Shown here piece after piece: positions 28,010 to 41,760 of a DNA stretch of 64,000 nt. The notes below the pieces were generated by a model that had not been told where the DNA came from, ran no database searches, and worked only from the letters and a program-made list of their open reading frames with translations. The position numbers were made by a program, and so were the translations under genes. The stretch comes from Tubiluchus corallicola (lineage: Eukaryota > Animalia > Priapulida), in NCBI GenBank assembly GCA_030141605.1, contig JAQGDQ010000117.1:1-64000 (forward strand), given 5' to 3'. Each line of letters begins with the position of its first letter. Position 1 is the stretch's first letter.

Positions 28010-29197
28010 GGGAATTAGTGCCAAATACGCATACGACTCGCGCGTGCTATAATAAATACGTGCAGCTTTTTAGAACTCCACCCATATATACTATGCCAGC
28101 CAACTAGCGACAAAAATTTTCGTAGGAATCTACGTGTTTTGTCTTGTGAATGTGTCTACGTGAATGTCTACGTGAATGTCTTGTGTTTTTCCCCACTTGA
28201 TTGGACAACAAAGGACGTTTCTTTTCATCAAAACATGCGAATTTTTCTCGAAATATGATTGGACGAAAACCTTGCCTTCATCTTGCCAATTGTGCCTTCC
28301 TTAAAAAGGACAGGTGCTTTAGGAAAACGACGCGAGCATCTTAAACGCACGTGTGACTTTTAGAAACGACGTGAGCTTTTGGAAATCATGCGTGCTTATG
28401 CTTTCGAAAATGTTTTCTTTCTTGCTGTGGATTTTGGCGTCAAACCGTCTGTACTGTAACAGGGTACGAAATAATTTTTAATCCTCCGATTAAAAGCACA
28501 AAAATCAGCTTTCCACAACATGGGACATGTCCGAACTGTAAATTGTATAAAGCTCGCATGGCTAAGTGTAAAATCAAGTTTTTCGTATGAGTTGGTATTG
28601 ATAAACAACATTTGTATTTGGAAATCGAATCTTGGTTGCGTGAGTGCTTCCATTCAATCGCTTTTTATGTAGTTTTTGATCTTAACGTTGTATTATTATG
28701 CTTAATATATTACAGCTGTTACGTGTGCATTAAAATTTTTCCCATTTGGGTGGTAACTTTTTAAAACACCTACCTAAATTTACACGAGAAAGTAATTTAA
28801 ATATTAGTAAGATAGGGACATAGGGGCTTCTCTAATGTATGTTTTCGTCCGACCAAATTATGACAAAACTATTTGTGCATTATGAAGAAAACGACACATC
28901 GTTTTGTTCAAATACACGTGTATTTTCTCGAAAGGAGAAGCAGGGAAAATAGCGGTGGAAACAAAGCATTCCTTAATGAAAAAACATGCGTCTTTTTATA
29001 TAATCAAATTGAAAGAAACGACACTCACAAATGATGCGTGCTGTTAAAAAACACACGCACAAGTATTTTAAATTCACGCTAGCTTCTCTATCTAATCAAG
29101 TTGCCAGAAAAACAATGCGTCTGAAGTTGCAAAAATACGCGCATTGTTATTAAAGCGACATGTCCACGGTTGTTCACGTATTTGGCACTAATATACT
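28010..29197. mobile_element. Non-autonomous DNA transposon-like element (~1.2 kb)
   Basis: A 16-bp inverted repeat, ATTAGTGCCAAATACG (28015-28030) / CGTATTTGGCACTAAT (about 29177-29192), has imperfect extensions. Subterminal regions are rich in cacgcgtg/gcgtg motifs. There is no coding capacity and the TSD is unresolved. Confidence 0.6.
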
Positions 29198-29829
29198 ATC
29201 AACCATATGCACAACGGCACCCAAATCTGTTGTCCTTGTGGAGTCAAAATGGCTTTGTAACTGGTCTTTAAAAACGCGTTAAATCTTCGTCGTCTTCAAG
29301 TCAATGTGATTAAAACAGTTGTTCGTCAAAACCACTAAAGCACAGCCATCAGATTCAACAAGTAAGAGATAAGAAGTGTCATAGTGAGACAGATCAATTG
29401 CAAGTTTCATTTCTTGAACAGGTTGATGTCTTGCGTCTACGTCTGATAAGGCACGAAGCGATAATGACATGAATTTCATGGGAAAGAATTAAGTCTAACA
29501 TATAATAATGTAATAAAAAAATCTTTGGTTTATATTTCTGCAATAAAATCTTCAATTCAATTCAATTCAAAAGTTGTTATTTTGTTTTTAGCGCTTTGCT
29601 GTAACAGATACATTTGCATTTATTTTCCTTCAACGTATTCATAAACGGTGCAAATAGCCGTAAAATTATCGTGAGAAGAAGCTATTGGATCAACAGGCGA
29701 TACTTTCGTCTAGGTGCGTTTGCCAAAAATAATTTATTTCTTTTTTTATTTACATTTCTCCTTTAATATGTGGCTCCCTACTATTCGTACTGCATTTAAG
29801 AAACGAATAATAGCTAATTTTTTTATGCT

Positions 29830-32800
29830 TAACATTTTATTTCATATAAAACGTACTTTACACATCAGAAAAACCAAGATATTTACGATACAAATACAAG
29901 CACTAATTGATTGTCAATGAATGCAATTAGTTGCAATCAGCAAGAATGCATTGACTACACTCTGGCAATTTTGGTTGTTCAGTAAATTATTAGAATATAT
30001 ATATATATATATTAGAATCATTAGAAAGGTAACCAACTAGCTTCAACTTTTTCTAGCATCGCAAGGTTGGCACCTGCATATTTCTCCAACATATACATAT
30101 GTTTAATGCAACTCACAGCATGATTAATATTCAGTGTTTGTAATTTGCTTTGAATACACCACATATAATATTTTACTATTAAAATGACCTTATTTAAAAA
30201 TAGAAATTTTTTATACGGAAACTTTCTAAAAATTACAACAGATTTATCAATTTCTAATTGTTAAATGCGTTACTTGTGCTTTGCACTTATCATTGTTTGA
30301 AATGTTCCCATATGAGTTTTACTTTATTACAACACACAGTATATGTAATATGATTTTTGTTTCCGAATTACAAGTGTCAGAATCAACCTTATTGATTTTG
30401 AAAAGAAAATCTTTTATGGGTAGTATTCTGTGCAGAACACCAAACTGAAAACTGCGTATTTTAGGATCTTTTGTACATTTGAAAGGAAGCACATTTTCCA
30501 ATTTACATTATAATTTATTAATTTTCCTCCCACTTTTAGGTCAGAAATTAGCGGAACTTTTTGAGATAATAACTTTTTATGCATAGTCGATGCTTAAAAG
30601 TCGGCATGGGATACAAGTTTCTCAATTTCGCGATTTTCAGTTTCCGTTTTGCACAGTTTAACAGTTTTGAATACCATTTCGCTATTGCACAGATAAGACT
30701 GTAACATTGAAGAAAATCAACTTCAATTGCAAATATTCTAATGAACTGATCACGTGACATTATAGTTCCATTATCATTCACTAAATCAACATATAATATA
30801 TTATTTACAATACATGTTGTACAGAACATACGAGTAACGTTTCGCTTTATATTATTATTTTACCATAATGTCTGTTTTAAATAACCCGTTTGAGTTATCG
30901 GATTTCTTAACATTTCACATCAGCATATAATTGCATCTTGCCAGAAGGGATTCACAAGCATTCCACTCGTCTCTACCAGGAAAGTTTTTTCCATTTTCCA
31001 AAAATGAGAATCTACCCAGTTTTTCTATAAATATTTTTGCTACCTTTTGCCAAGTTCCATCATTGTCATTAGCTTGTGAGACCACTTAGATTTCAAGGAT
31101 ATGGGAAACGATTCCAAATCCACCATATTTGCTTCACCTTCTGAAATTTTGGACATAAGAGTCTTTCGTTTAACTTTTTGTGGTTTACCACCCCATAGAA
31201 ACTCATATGTTGACTTCTAATGGGTTTCAATTTTTCATAATTCACAATGGGGAGCGATGACAACAAATGGATTATTTTTGATAATATTAAGGATTTAAAA
31301 ACAGTTGTCCGCCTAAAGATCGTTAGAGATCGCCAGGAGCAAACTTTTATCTGATTTCGAATTTCTATAAGTTTTCAGATGCAAAAATTTTCTCCAAATT
31401 ATGCAGGTCAAATTTTACTCCCCAAACTGTAGAGATATCATTCGTCCAGTCTAACTCCAGCTGTAAATTTTTACAAATGCGTGCTTGAGAACCCTTTAAG
31501 GCACCAAACCAAATTGCCTTTGTTTTGTTAGAATTTATTTTTAACCCAAAAACTTTACTAAAAATTTTTCTATAATAGAATATTACGGCTGCAAATAGTG
31601 AAGCTGATGAACCACTGAGAATAACAGCGGTATAATCCGCACATTGGATTAAGACCATTTCATTTTTATTTACAACAGTACCCTTTACATCCTTACATGT
31701 TTTAATCGCATTAGCTAAACACTCCACGCACAACAGGAAAATGTATGTTGAGATAGGGTCACCCCGCCTAGTTCCCCGATGCAATTTGAAGAAGCTATTG
31801 TACGACCCATTGTTAAGTACACAGCTTTCAATTTTATTATAACAAATTCTGATTAACGTGAACATTTATTTTAAAAATGATAGCATTTCTTAAAATTATT
31901 ACCGAAATTTAGAAAGTTTAATACTTCGTGTTTAAATTTCCACTCTAGCGTGTCAAACGCCTCTTCAAAATCAATTAATAACAGAATTCCGGGAATGTCT
32001 CTTTTTCTTGCGTAAAGCAAGTCCTACAATAATCTTATGTGTTTTCAGCTATGTATCGGCCTTTTAGAAAACCTTTTTGAGTGCCACTAATTAACACGTT
32101 AATAACGTTTTGTAAACGTCGGTGTGTGTGAATTTTGTAGTCCGTATTTAATAGGGAATTTTGTAGTTTCCAATTTCTTAGGAACTCACAGTCCTTATAT
32201 GGTTTCGGAATACAAGTTATCACTCCGTGCCGTTGCGTCAAAGATAGTTCTCCTAAGGTAAATGTTTCATCAAGAGATCTTAAAAGAAAAATAGATAAAA
32301 TTCGGGGTAAACCCATCCGTACCAGGCGATTTATTTATTTTCTTTAATTAAAGTATTCCACAATTCCTCAATTAAGGGCCCTTCACATGAATAAGCTAGT
32401 TCACTTGTTAATCTCACCATATTTTCTCTGAACAAATCATTTTTCTTACTTTCGAACTCATCGTCATTTAACTGGCTCGTATAAAGTGACGCAAAAAAGG
32501 ATATTTGCTTTTCTAAGATTTCACAGCTTTTTGTTAGTTCTACATTATCGCCTGCTATTAAATTTGAAACACATTTACTTACATAATTTCGTTTTTGTAA
32601 ACCTAGAAACGGCTTTTCAACGTGTCCGACCCATCTTGCTCTGACCTTATCATAACGCCTCTTTTTTGTTCGTAAAAGTAGTAGTGTGGTAGAAAACCTT
32701 TTTGTTTTCTACCACATTTAGTTTATTCATGTCACTTAATGGTAATGGTGGCTGGCTGTAACGTTCGCTAATTTGGACCTCTTGTTCTTTTTTTCGCTTA

Positions 32801-33510
32801 ATAATTCCTGAACATAAAATGGTTTCTTCTCTAACTTTTAATTTTAATAATTTGAAAAATAATTGGTCACTTATTTAAAATGGCACTGTCTGCTGATTTT
32901 CTATGACCTGATTTGTTACAACAATACTCACAAATTGTATCAGTTATACATTGTTTGATTTTTTCTACATACACAGAGTCCTTTAGCAGGCAACTGTTAA
33001 ATTTCCAAAAGCCTTTGCCACGTTTTTCTTGATACATTTTCAATTCAATACAGACAAATGAATGATGTGACCTATATCCAGGTAAAATAGTTGTTTCTGG
33101 TATTTCAGTACATGACTGTAGATCACTTGAAACGAGAAAATAATCCAGAATAACGACTCTGATTAACTGGATTTTTCCTAAACCAGGTAAAATTTCCTTA
33201 TTCCAGGATTATAAATCTCCAAATATCTGTTAGCTCATACACTAGTTCATTAGTTGCAAAATTTTTTGCCTGGCTCTATTATTATTTCCATGTATATATC
33301 CTGCTGTATCAAGCCTACAGTTTTGAACGCAGTTCCAGTCACCACACAGTATTATACTTGAGTTCTCAAAACGTTTTAGTTGTTTTGAAATATTTGTGAA
33401 AAAATTTGGCTTATCATTATTGAGACCATAAATATTTCCAAGTGTAACTCTGTAGTTGTTAATTGAGAAATCCGTTAAAAGATACCTACCTTCCTTATCA
33501 GCCTTTATTT
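29830..33510 (-). mobile_element. Decayed L1/Tx1-clade LINE ORF2 (APE endonuclease, RT, C-terminal Cys region)
   Basis: Minus-strand motifs occur in the expected order: DKEGRYLL..TLGNIYG, IILCGDWNC, GKGFWKFNSCLL, GVITCIPKP, LLNTDYKI, QKGFLKGRYIAEN, RRGDPISTYIFLLCVECLA, QCADYT (YADD), KIRSFQFGVLHRILP. Many stops and frameshifts are present. Confidence 0.9.
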
Positions 33511-33904
33511 GGAAAATCTCAAGTTCAAAATTATTATTGAAAAGTACAGCAACTACTATAAAATTAAAACCACTATAAACTTGTGGAATAATCAGGCACT
33601 ACAGGGTAAACTAGTAAACTATAAGAAAAGATTAAAATGTACAATACTAAAAAAATTCACAATATCCGCCAATCGACACGATTGCGACAAACCATCAACT
33701 ATGGAATTTACTTTCACGAAACCGTAAAATAATATTTTTTGTACTCACTTCTTTTTTGTGTAGTGATTTGACTTGATTTCTGATTATGTCCGTTATGCTC
33801 GTTACGCGTTTTGGTATGCTGCTTCTATCCGTGGACGTAACACACAATTACATACATTGTCTCCGTGGGCATGTATTGTTTTCATGTTGGTTAATAAAGA
33901 TTTT

Positions 33905-34280
<376 letters not shown>

Positions 34281-34974
34281 ATTTTTCCTTACAAAACACA
34301 TGGCAGTGGCAATGCTCTATAAATATTCTGACTATTTTTTCTCCAGAACGACATCTCTCTACTGTTTCGTGGTATTTTTGATGCATCTTAAGTAAAGCAA
34401 GTTAATTACACCCAGTTTTATTTCCGAGCATAATTCTTGTATCAACTGTGTTCTGTATAACGTGGACTGTAATCTACAAAAAGTACCACAAGACGCATTC
34501 AAGATGAGACATATGTCAAAAATTAACTACTCAATGTCAACGAGACAACAAATAACACTGAACATATAGCTTTTGCGCTCTGTAAGTGTGTTATTCCCCC
34601 AACGTGAATATACAAAATCAGGCCGGAAAATTGCTCAAGTCTGATAATATGCGGCGTTTTACTTAGATACTTATATCGCTATACATCGAGAGTCAAAAAT
34701 ATCGAATGCCCACATAGACTTACTACAATGAATAAAAAATTCCACAATTAAAAAACAATGAAAAAAAGAAAGGATTTCGCACTACCAGTTCTTTTTCAGG
34801 TGAACAAAAAAGGATAAAAAAGAGAAAAGCACGAGAAGTTACAAGAATTACTGAACTAGTTATTTCGGGACGTTTTTTTATTTTACACATGCATAAAAAA
34901 GGTACCACACTAAACAGGATACAAGCGCGTATGACAAACACAGAACAACGGCATAGAGTAGGAGTGGTACCCAA

Positions 34975-35735
34975 CAACAAGAGCTAATGTCAACGGCTTA
35001 TGTATAAGGAAAAATTTAGAGATTTAACATCCGAGCGTCATAATGCCCCTCCAAATGACATTGAAAACATCGAGGTTTTCGAGTTTTCCTTGTATATCTC
35101 TTGTCATTCGGGTTCAAGAGGATCATAATAACAGAAAATAAATCTAGGCTTCTCTAACTTTAAATTGCTTCTACATTTCACATTTTTCACATGCAGTATA
35201 CTGCTTTCATTTAGTCATGAGATAAGTGACGCAGAAACCTATTTAAAATTAACTAATTAAACAACTTTAATTAATTAAACGAATTAGTAAAATTTGTTAC
35301 TTTAAACGAACGACAGCCTAGCTAATTTCCCAGGCAACTCGATCGGATAATGGGAACATACAATTCAAATCAAATTCAAATTAAATGAAAACAACTATAA
35401 TTAATTAATTGAATAACGAACTGCTACAGACTTTTCGTTTTGAACAAATGACATCCTATCATATCACCTTACCAAATTTCTAATCAGTCGAGACATGGGA
35501 GAAAGCAATTTAAATCAATTTAAAATTAATTATATAACTAATTAGCGAATTGTTAAAAAAATTTTGTTTAGAACCAAGAATGTTCCATCTAATCATCACG
35601 CCAAATTTCAGCTCAATTGGATACATACTTTTCCAGTTATTTCAACTCAAAGTGTGACGGACAGCATGAATCAATTTGTGACCGAGAAACTGGAGTTTTT
35701 CTCAGACATGAGCTAACACTCGGGAAAAATCGTCA
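34975..35735. mobile_element. Probable Helentron-associated (HINE/DINE-1-like) non-autonomous element
   Basis: It starts AACAAGAG. A subterminal inverted pair AGCTAATGTC (about 34982) / GACATGAGCT (about 35705) matches 9/10. Internal degenerate units repeat at a ~146-bp period (atggga..caatt.aaatc at about 35350 and 35496), and a ccaaatttcagctcaattgg...gtgtgacggacag motif is present. Confidence 0.5.
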
Positions 35736-36127
35736 AACCAGTTAGGTAGAAGATAAAAATAACGCAGCCCATGGAGCTTGGGGTGAATGAAGCAAGAATA
35801 CCAACTACGTTCATGTCAAGAAAATGTCTACATTCTGCATAAGAATTAAATTTTTGCAGCTTGTACAATCTGTGTTGAATATTTCCTCAACGAATCAATA
35901 AACATATATTTTCCCATTTTCCTTTCTTTGAGCTGAATTTCAATTATGAACTGATTCGGGTATGTTTTGCAAAATAAACGAGATGATGACCTAAACACCA
36001 TTAAGCTATCTTTGCTGATTTAGCTTTCAAATAATAGCAGTTGTAATGCTAATAGCTAAGCAAAGTCAATTCCTGCACAAGCAGAAAACTTAAAATCAAT
36101 ATTTTAGCATTTCAGTGGATGTCTGTA

Positions 36128-36160
36128 TCCTCCTCCTCCTCCTCCTCCTCCTCCTCCTCC

Positions 36161-36196
<36 letters not shown>
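36128..36196. repeat. (CCT)n(CAT)n microsatellite
   Basis: Seen directly. Confidence 0.95.
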
Positions 36197-36769
36197 CTAC
36201 CTGTAGAATGACTGCCGCTGCTGTCGCCGGCAAATACGGGCCTGAGGATTCTGTACTGCTGCAGTGGATCTAGCTGTGGCTGGCACTGGTATAAGCGGAC
36301 AATCTATAACACAGTATTGTGGCTATGACGGCTGTTGCTGCTGTCATTAGCGTTGCCGCCACTATTGTTGTTGTTATTGTTTCTAGTATTGGATCATCTT
36401 CGTTTTTGTTTTTTTCACTATGATTTACGCCGTTATTATTAACTAAATTACGCACATGTATAGGAAGAATATAATGTAGGCGCATCGCTTCTCACATGAT
36501 TAACGTCTCACATGATCTCACAGAATGTACACCATTCTGTCTTCAGATAGCCCAAGTGATGAAAGTACAATATTCCGTCTTCAGATATAAAAAAGTGATA
36601 ACATGTCGTACTTAACATTAATAGTCTAATCTAAAATTATCACGTCTCTGATTGGTTAGTTTTATTTACCTATAATTGTGATCTGAAAACACCTATTTGC
36701 AAGCCCTAGGTTTTCGAAGTTATAAAAGATCTAGTACACTGTACTAGCTGAACTCAACGCTTTCAAGGT

Positions 36770-37170
36770 TAAGCCCCGTTTAGATGACGAGTTTTGTCAC
36801 CAGACTTGTTTGTCAGCTTTAGTTTGTCGAACTAGTTCGATCGTGTAAACAATTTGTAACTAATGCCACATTGATACTAGCAGATTGATACCCCTTACTC
36901 GATTCTTGCCACCAGGTAAAATTTGATGTCGTGTAAACACGCTTCAGTTTTTAGTCACAGTTTTTGTTTGTCACTTTTAGTTTGACAATTTAAAATCTAA
37001 TAGTGTAAACGGAAAAGTTTAGACAATCAGTTTTTTCATCAAACTTATCTGTCAGTTTTAGTTTGTCAAACTAATTTGATCGTGTTTAACAAAGAAACTG
37101 ATAAACTTTTAATTTGACAAACAAAGCTCGACGAGATCAAACGGAATTTATCAAATAAAACCTGATTAAC
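36770..37170. mobile_element. Remnant of a PIF/Harbinger-like MITE family
   Basis: It starts gccccgtttagatgac and contains several copies of tttagtttgtc..gatcgtgtaaac, some inverted. The same gatcgtgtaaac motif recurs at about 37730, 38290 and 39680. Confidence 0.45.
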
Positions 37171-38329
37171 CGAAATCCAACAACCACTAACGTCCTTGAA
37201 GGACACTAAAAACAAAAAAATTCAAAATACATGCAGGTTTCGTGGAAGCCATAAATTAGATACTAAAATTTATGCTGTTTTATCTTTATAAGAAATTTAA
37301 ATTTCATATGATAGTGTAGTTTTATTATAACTTTATAATCATTAAACAGTACAGTTGGAATTATTGTATACTTCACAAAATAATGTTAGTTTTATAATTA
37401 TTTCATCCATCTTATAATCATTTCTCTGTAATCCGAACCAGACTGAAGGTCGAATTAAGTGTGCACGCAGTTTGCACGAGTGTTAAAGTGCAGATATTAT
37501 AGCTAACGTTAGAGTGCGCACGTTTAATAATCTGCAATTTGTTCTCATTGGAGCAAATCAAGTTGTTATTTCTAGAACATATTCTGATTCATTCGTAATT
37601 CTGTAACTTCTGCCATACAGATACTAGCTTGACACTTCGTGCTGAGTACTTTCTACCACGGTGTAAAAACGCGTCAGTTTTTAAGTTGATCGTTTTCGTT
37701 TATCAGTTTTAGTTTGACCGTTTAAGAACTGGTCGTGTAAATTAGATCTTGGCTCCTGTCCGACCAGAGTTTAGCCCAAGTCTTTGATGTGGCACAATGT
37801 GAAGCCAGTTTTTGTTAGCTTTTGGAAGCCTGAAAATGGCAACTATAGTGTACGTTGTTATTGCTAGACTAGGTTAGATTAGGTTGTGGCATTTGGCTCG
37901 GTTCCCCCAATCACTGCTTCGTAGTTGACGACTTAGCTTAATGTGTGTCTGGTGCGCCTTCATGCATTTGTAGAGCAAACTCTTTGAATCTGCGAGACTA
38001 TATAGAAATAAGCAGCTTATCAGCACATTATTTTTGACTAGATGCTAGCAAAAGAAAGGGTTATTTATAGATTAGATTTACATTAATGCCTTTGGTGACT
38101 TGCTTATTTGGTCATGGGCTCTCGTACTATAAGTTATCATTACTGATTTGAACTTCTTAATATACATAGCCCGAGCCGCATCTATTTCTGGTCACTTAAT
38201 TTGCAAACTTCTGATGTGATTTGTCGGCAGCAGATGACATTTTATAATTGTGTTACCGTTGCGTACTTACTGAACACGTCAGTCAAGCTGATCGTGTAAC
38301 ACTAAATTGAGAGTTCATGCTCAGTGACG

Positions 38330-39140
38330 TCCTCAGTTATTAGGCTCGTGTAAAAGAATCATTTCCGGTTGCAGGGTTTTCGCAGATAAAAAAGGATGAT
38401 GATCGAAAAAGAATTTAACGAGTAACTTCTCTCATTGAGTACCTGGCTTGTAAATGTAACGTATCTGTAAGCAATTCGGGAAGCTCAGTTTTACGGTAGG
38501 TAAGGTTACTTTAAACAAACTAATTAGCAAAAAAGTGCAAATAGTTGGGATGGCGCCACTGTTGTTCGTGGCCCAATAAGCAGCACACGTTACTGAAAGC
38601 GCAACACAAAGTCCACTAAGTAAGTAGTACCACACAAAACACGCTCAGTAGCAGATGAACTAAACTGTGGGAGACGTCATATCCTCGAGTTTGAAATGGG
38701 GAAATAGTGGTGTAACGAAGACAAAAAATGGACTACCCCAATTACCCATTCTTTTGCTAACTGGTTCGTTTGATACTACCATGCCTATGAATTTGCTGGG
38801 CTTCCCACGTAAGCTAAAGCTTGGTTTAACCTATTCGATCTCTATCCGAATTTGTCGGCCGACAAAGTCGAGTGTCGATCAGACAGTTTGCATTTACCTA
38901 GGAATTCAAGCATTGAACAATCTAAACATTGACGTCTGAAAATTTCGCATTATTTCAATGTTGCATTTGCTACATTTGCTTTTTATCCGAAATGCCACAA
39001 TTGATTACAATCACCAGTCGGCCAGGGCAGTTTTGTTCACATAACATAATTTTGCTATGGTTGTATGCTGTTGATTGTATGTAAACTTGTCATATATATA
39101 TTAATATTTACAAAATGAACAACATGAATAAATAAAATGT
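38330..39140 (+). mobile_element. Possible very old LINE 3' end
   Basis: Faint ORF2 C-terminal remnants (IEY, WDG, LKW..RR, a WNxL-like ttgaacaatcta) are followed by aataaataaaa at about 39127. Confidence 0.3.
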
Positions 39141-40729
39141 AATTTTTGTGTTGATTACTAAACGCCTTCAACCCTTCTCCACTTATCACTCACCCGCTTT
39201 TTTTCTCTCTCTCCCCCTCTCATCTCGCACGGTCTTTCCCTCTCGTCTTCCACTCTCGTCACCTTTGTGCCTGTCTCTCTCTCTCTCTCTCTCTCTCTGT
39301 CTCATCCTCTCCCTCACACTCTGTCCTTATTCCTTCTTTCTCCCTCTCTCCATCTTCCCCCTCTCATACACTCTTCCCCCTCTCTCTCTCTTTACGAGGG
39401 ACACCCACTCATCATACACTACACTAAACATAAATAGTTTAATGATCTTAATAATAAATAGCTGTAATTTGTCTTGTTTACACTACTTACTTTTCACATT
39501 CATTCATAATAGTCTATAAGTCTAAAATGAAAGCGAGATGTTTTTGTTATTATTAACTATAATTCCAAGAAGTCGGAAGACAGCCGGATGAAAAGTAGAG
39601 CTCCAGTTTTTCACCAGACTTCTTCAGATGAGTCGATCGACAAGTCGGATGTTTAATTTTCCCACAGTGCGATTTTGTCGGATCGTGTAAACGGCATAAT
39701 GCTCTCATATACACTTCATGAGACAACATTTTCATTATTTTTGATCTTGTTTACCAAATATGAATTGCTTTTACATCCATTTAATCAATCAAACTGCTAC
39801 TTTGAAAATTCATTTTTATCTGTACTAAGATGTATAGTCTAGCATTTATGAGGCTACGGAAGTTGTATATTATATGTTCTAAAAAGGCTACTACAGTTTA
39901 GTTAGTTCTGGTTCAAATGGTTGTAATTTTCACAGTACATTACACTCCGCCTGCGAGTTAGCCCAGTATAAAAAGGGCTTGTGTCAGTCAGGAATAAAAA
40001 TAGAGACAGCTATTTTAGAACTCTTAAAACCAGATAATAAGCATAAAATGAAAGATGCTTCTCCACGGTAAAAGTAAAAAAGTCGATGAAAGGTAGGGCT
40101 TGAGGTTAATAAAAAACGGTACTTTTTCTACACGGGCCCTTCGTAGCAGAACTTTGTTGCTCTCCAGATTGGTAGACCTTTGTCATCAATTAATACTATA
40201 CTATTTACCAAAGCAATAATCGTCTTATACGTAATTTAAGACGGTCACACTAAACGTTCATAACAGGTGATGGGTTATCAGAAGCTGAAAACAAAAATTA
40301 GCTGAAGCACGAGAAATCAAATTAGCTCACCGGTGGAATTTCAAAGTTGTAGTTACCGGAACCGGAACTAGATCGTCGTCGATCTGTACACGATTCTCTT
40401 CTTGCAAACACTGCTTGCGAACTTGCAACTTCCATAGTGTGTAGATTAGTTGCTGCGTTCATCTCCATTAATATAGTGGTTGCAAATGCTGTAGCAACGA
40501 CGATGTTGTTGATGATGCGTCTGTTTTTGCGTTTTTGCGGTTGTGATGTAGGTTTTATCACCCAATCACTTCTCAAATACAATGAATTACACGTTCTGGT
40601 TTAAGAATGTCGTACTCGTGACTATGCTGCTGATTTCATTTATAAAAAAGATTATTCAGACAGTTTATCGTGCAAGCGAGATAGAGAAAAGCCTTTCACC
40701 ACAGTTTAAGAGCAATTGATATTACGATA

Positions 40730-41760
40730 ACAGAAAGCTGATGTTATGCCTGCTGGAATGGCAGGTCTAACTCAAATTTCTAATGTTATGTCTGCTACAA
40801 TACTACTTTCAACACAGAATGCCGATGTTATGTTTGCTACAATGCTACTTTTAACTCAGAATGCCGATGTTATGTCTGCTACAATGGCACATCTAACTCC
40901 AAATGCTAATATCATATCTGCTACAATGCCACATCTAACTCCAAATGCTAATGTTATATCTGTTACAATGCCACATCTAACTTCAAATGCTAATGTCATA
41001 TCTGCTACAATGCCACATCTAACTCCAAATGCTAATGTCATATCTGCTACAATGCCACATCTAACTCCAAATGCTAATGTCATATCTGCTACAATGCCAC
41101 ATCTAACTCCAAATGCTAATGTTATATCTGTTACAATGCCACATCTAACTCCAAATGCTAATGTTATATCTGTTACAATGCCACATTTAACTTCAAATGC
41201 TAATGTCATATCTGCTACAATGCCATTTCTAACTCCAAATGCTGATGTATGTCTGCTACAATATCACGTCTAACTCAAGATGCTGATGTATGTCTTCTAC
41301 AATGTGACGTTTAACTCAAGATGCTGATGTTATGTCTTCTACAATGTGACGTTTAACTCACTATGTACATGTTACTTTTGCTGCAATGCCACATCTAAAT
41401 TAAAAGTGTAGATGTTATGTGTGCTAGAGTGGCGCCTATAGCTCAAAATACTCAAAATGCAGATGTTATGTCTGCCAAAATATCACATCTAACTCAAAAT
41501 GCTAATGTTTTTTCTGTTACAACGGCACATCTAGCTCAACACGTAGATGCTATTTTTGCTGCAATCCCACATCTAATCTTCAAAATGCAGATGTTATTTT
41601 TGGTACAATTAACTTAAAAATAACATGTTGTGTGTGTCACAGTGCCACACCTGACTCAAAATGCTGATGCTATGTCTGCTACAATGCTATTACAGCCACC
41701 CAAAACATATTGAATCACCCACCGCGTCAGCCCTATCTAACTCAAAATACTGATGCTATG
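40730..41760. repeat. 42-bp minisatellite with a homogeneous core (~40880-41250) and degenerate flanks
   Basis: The unit tctgctacaatgccacatctaactccaaatgctaatgtcata is repeated in tandem. Confidence 0.95.
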
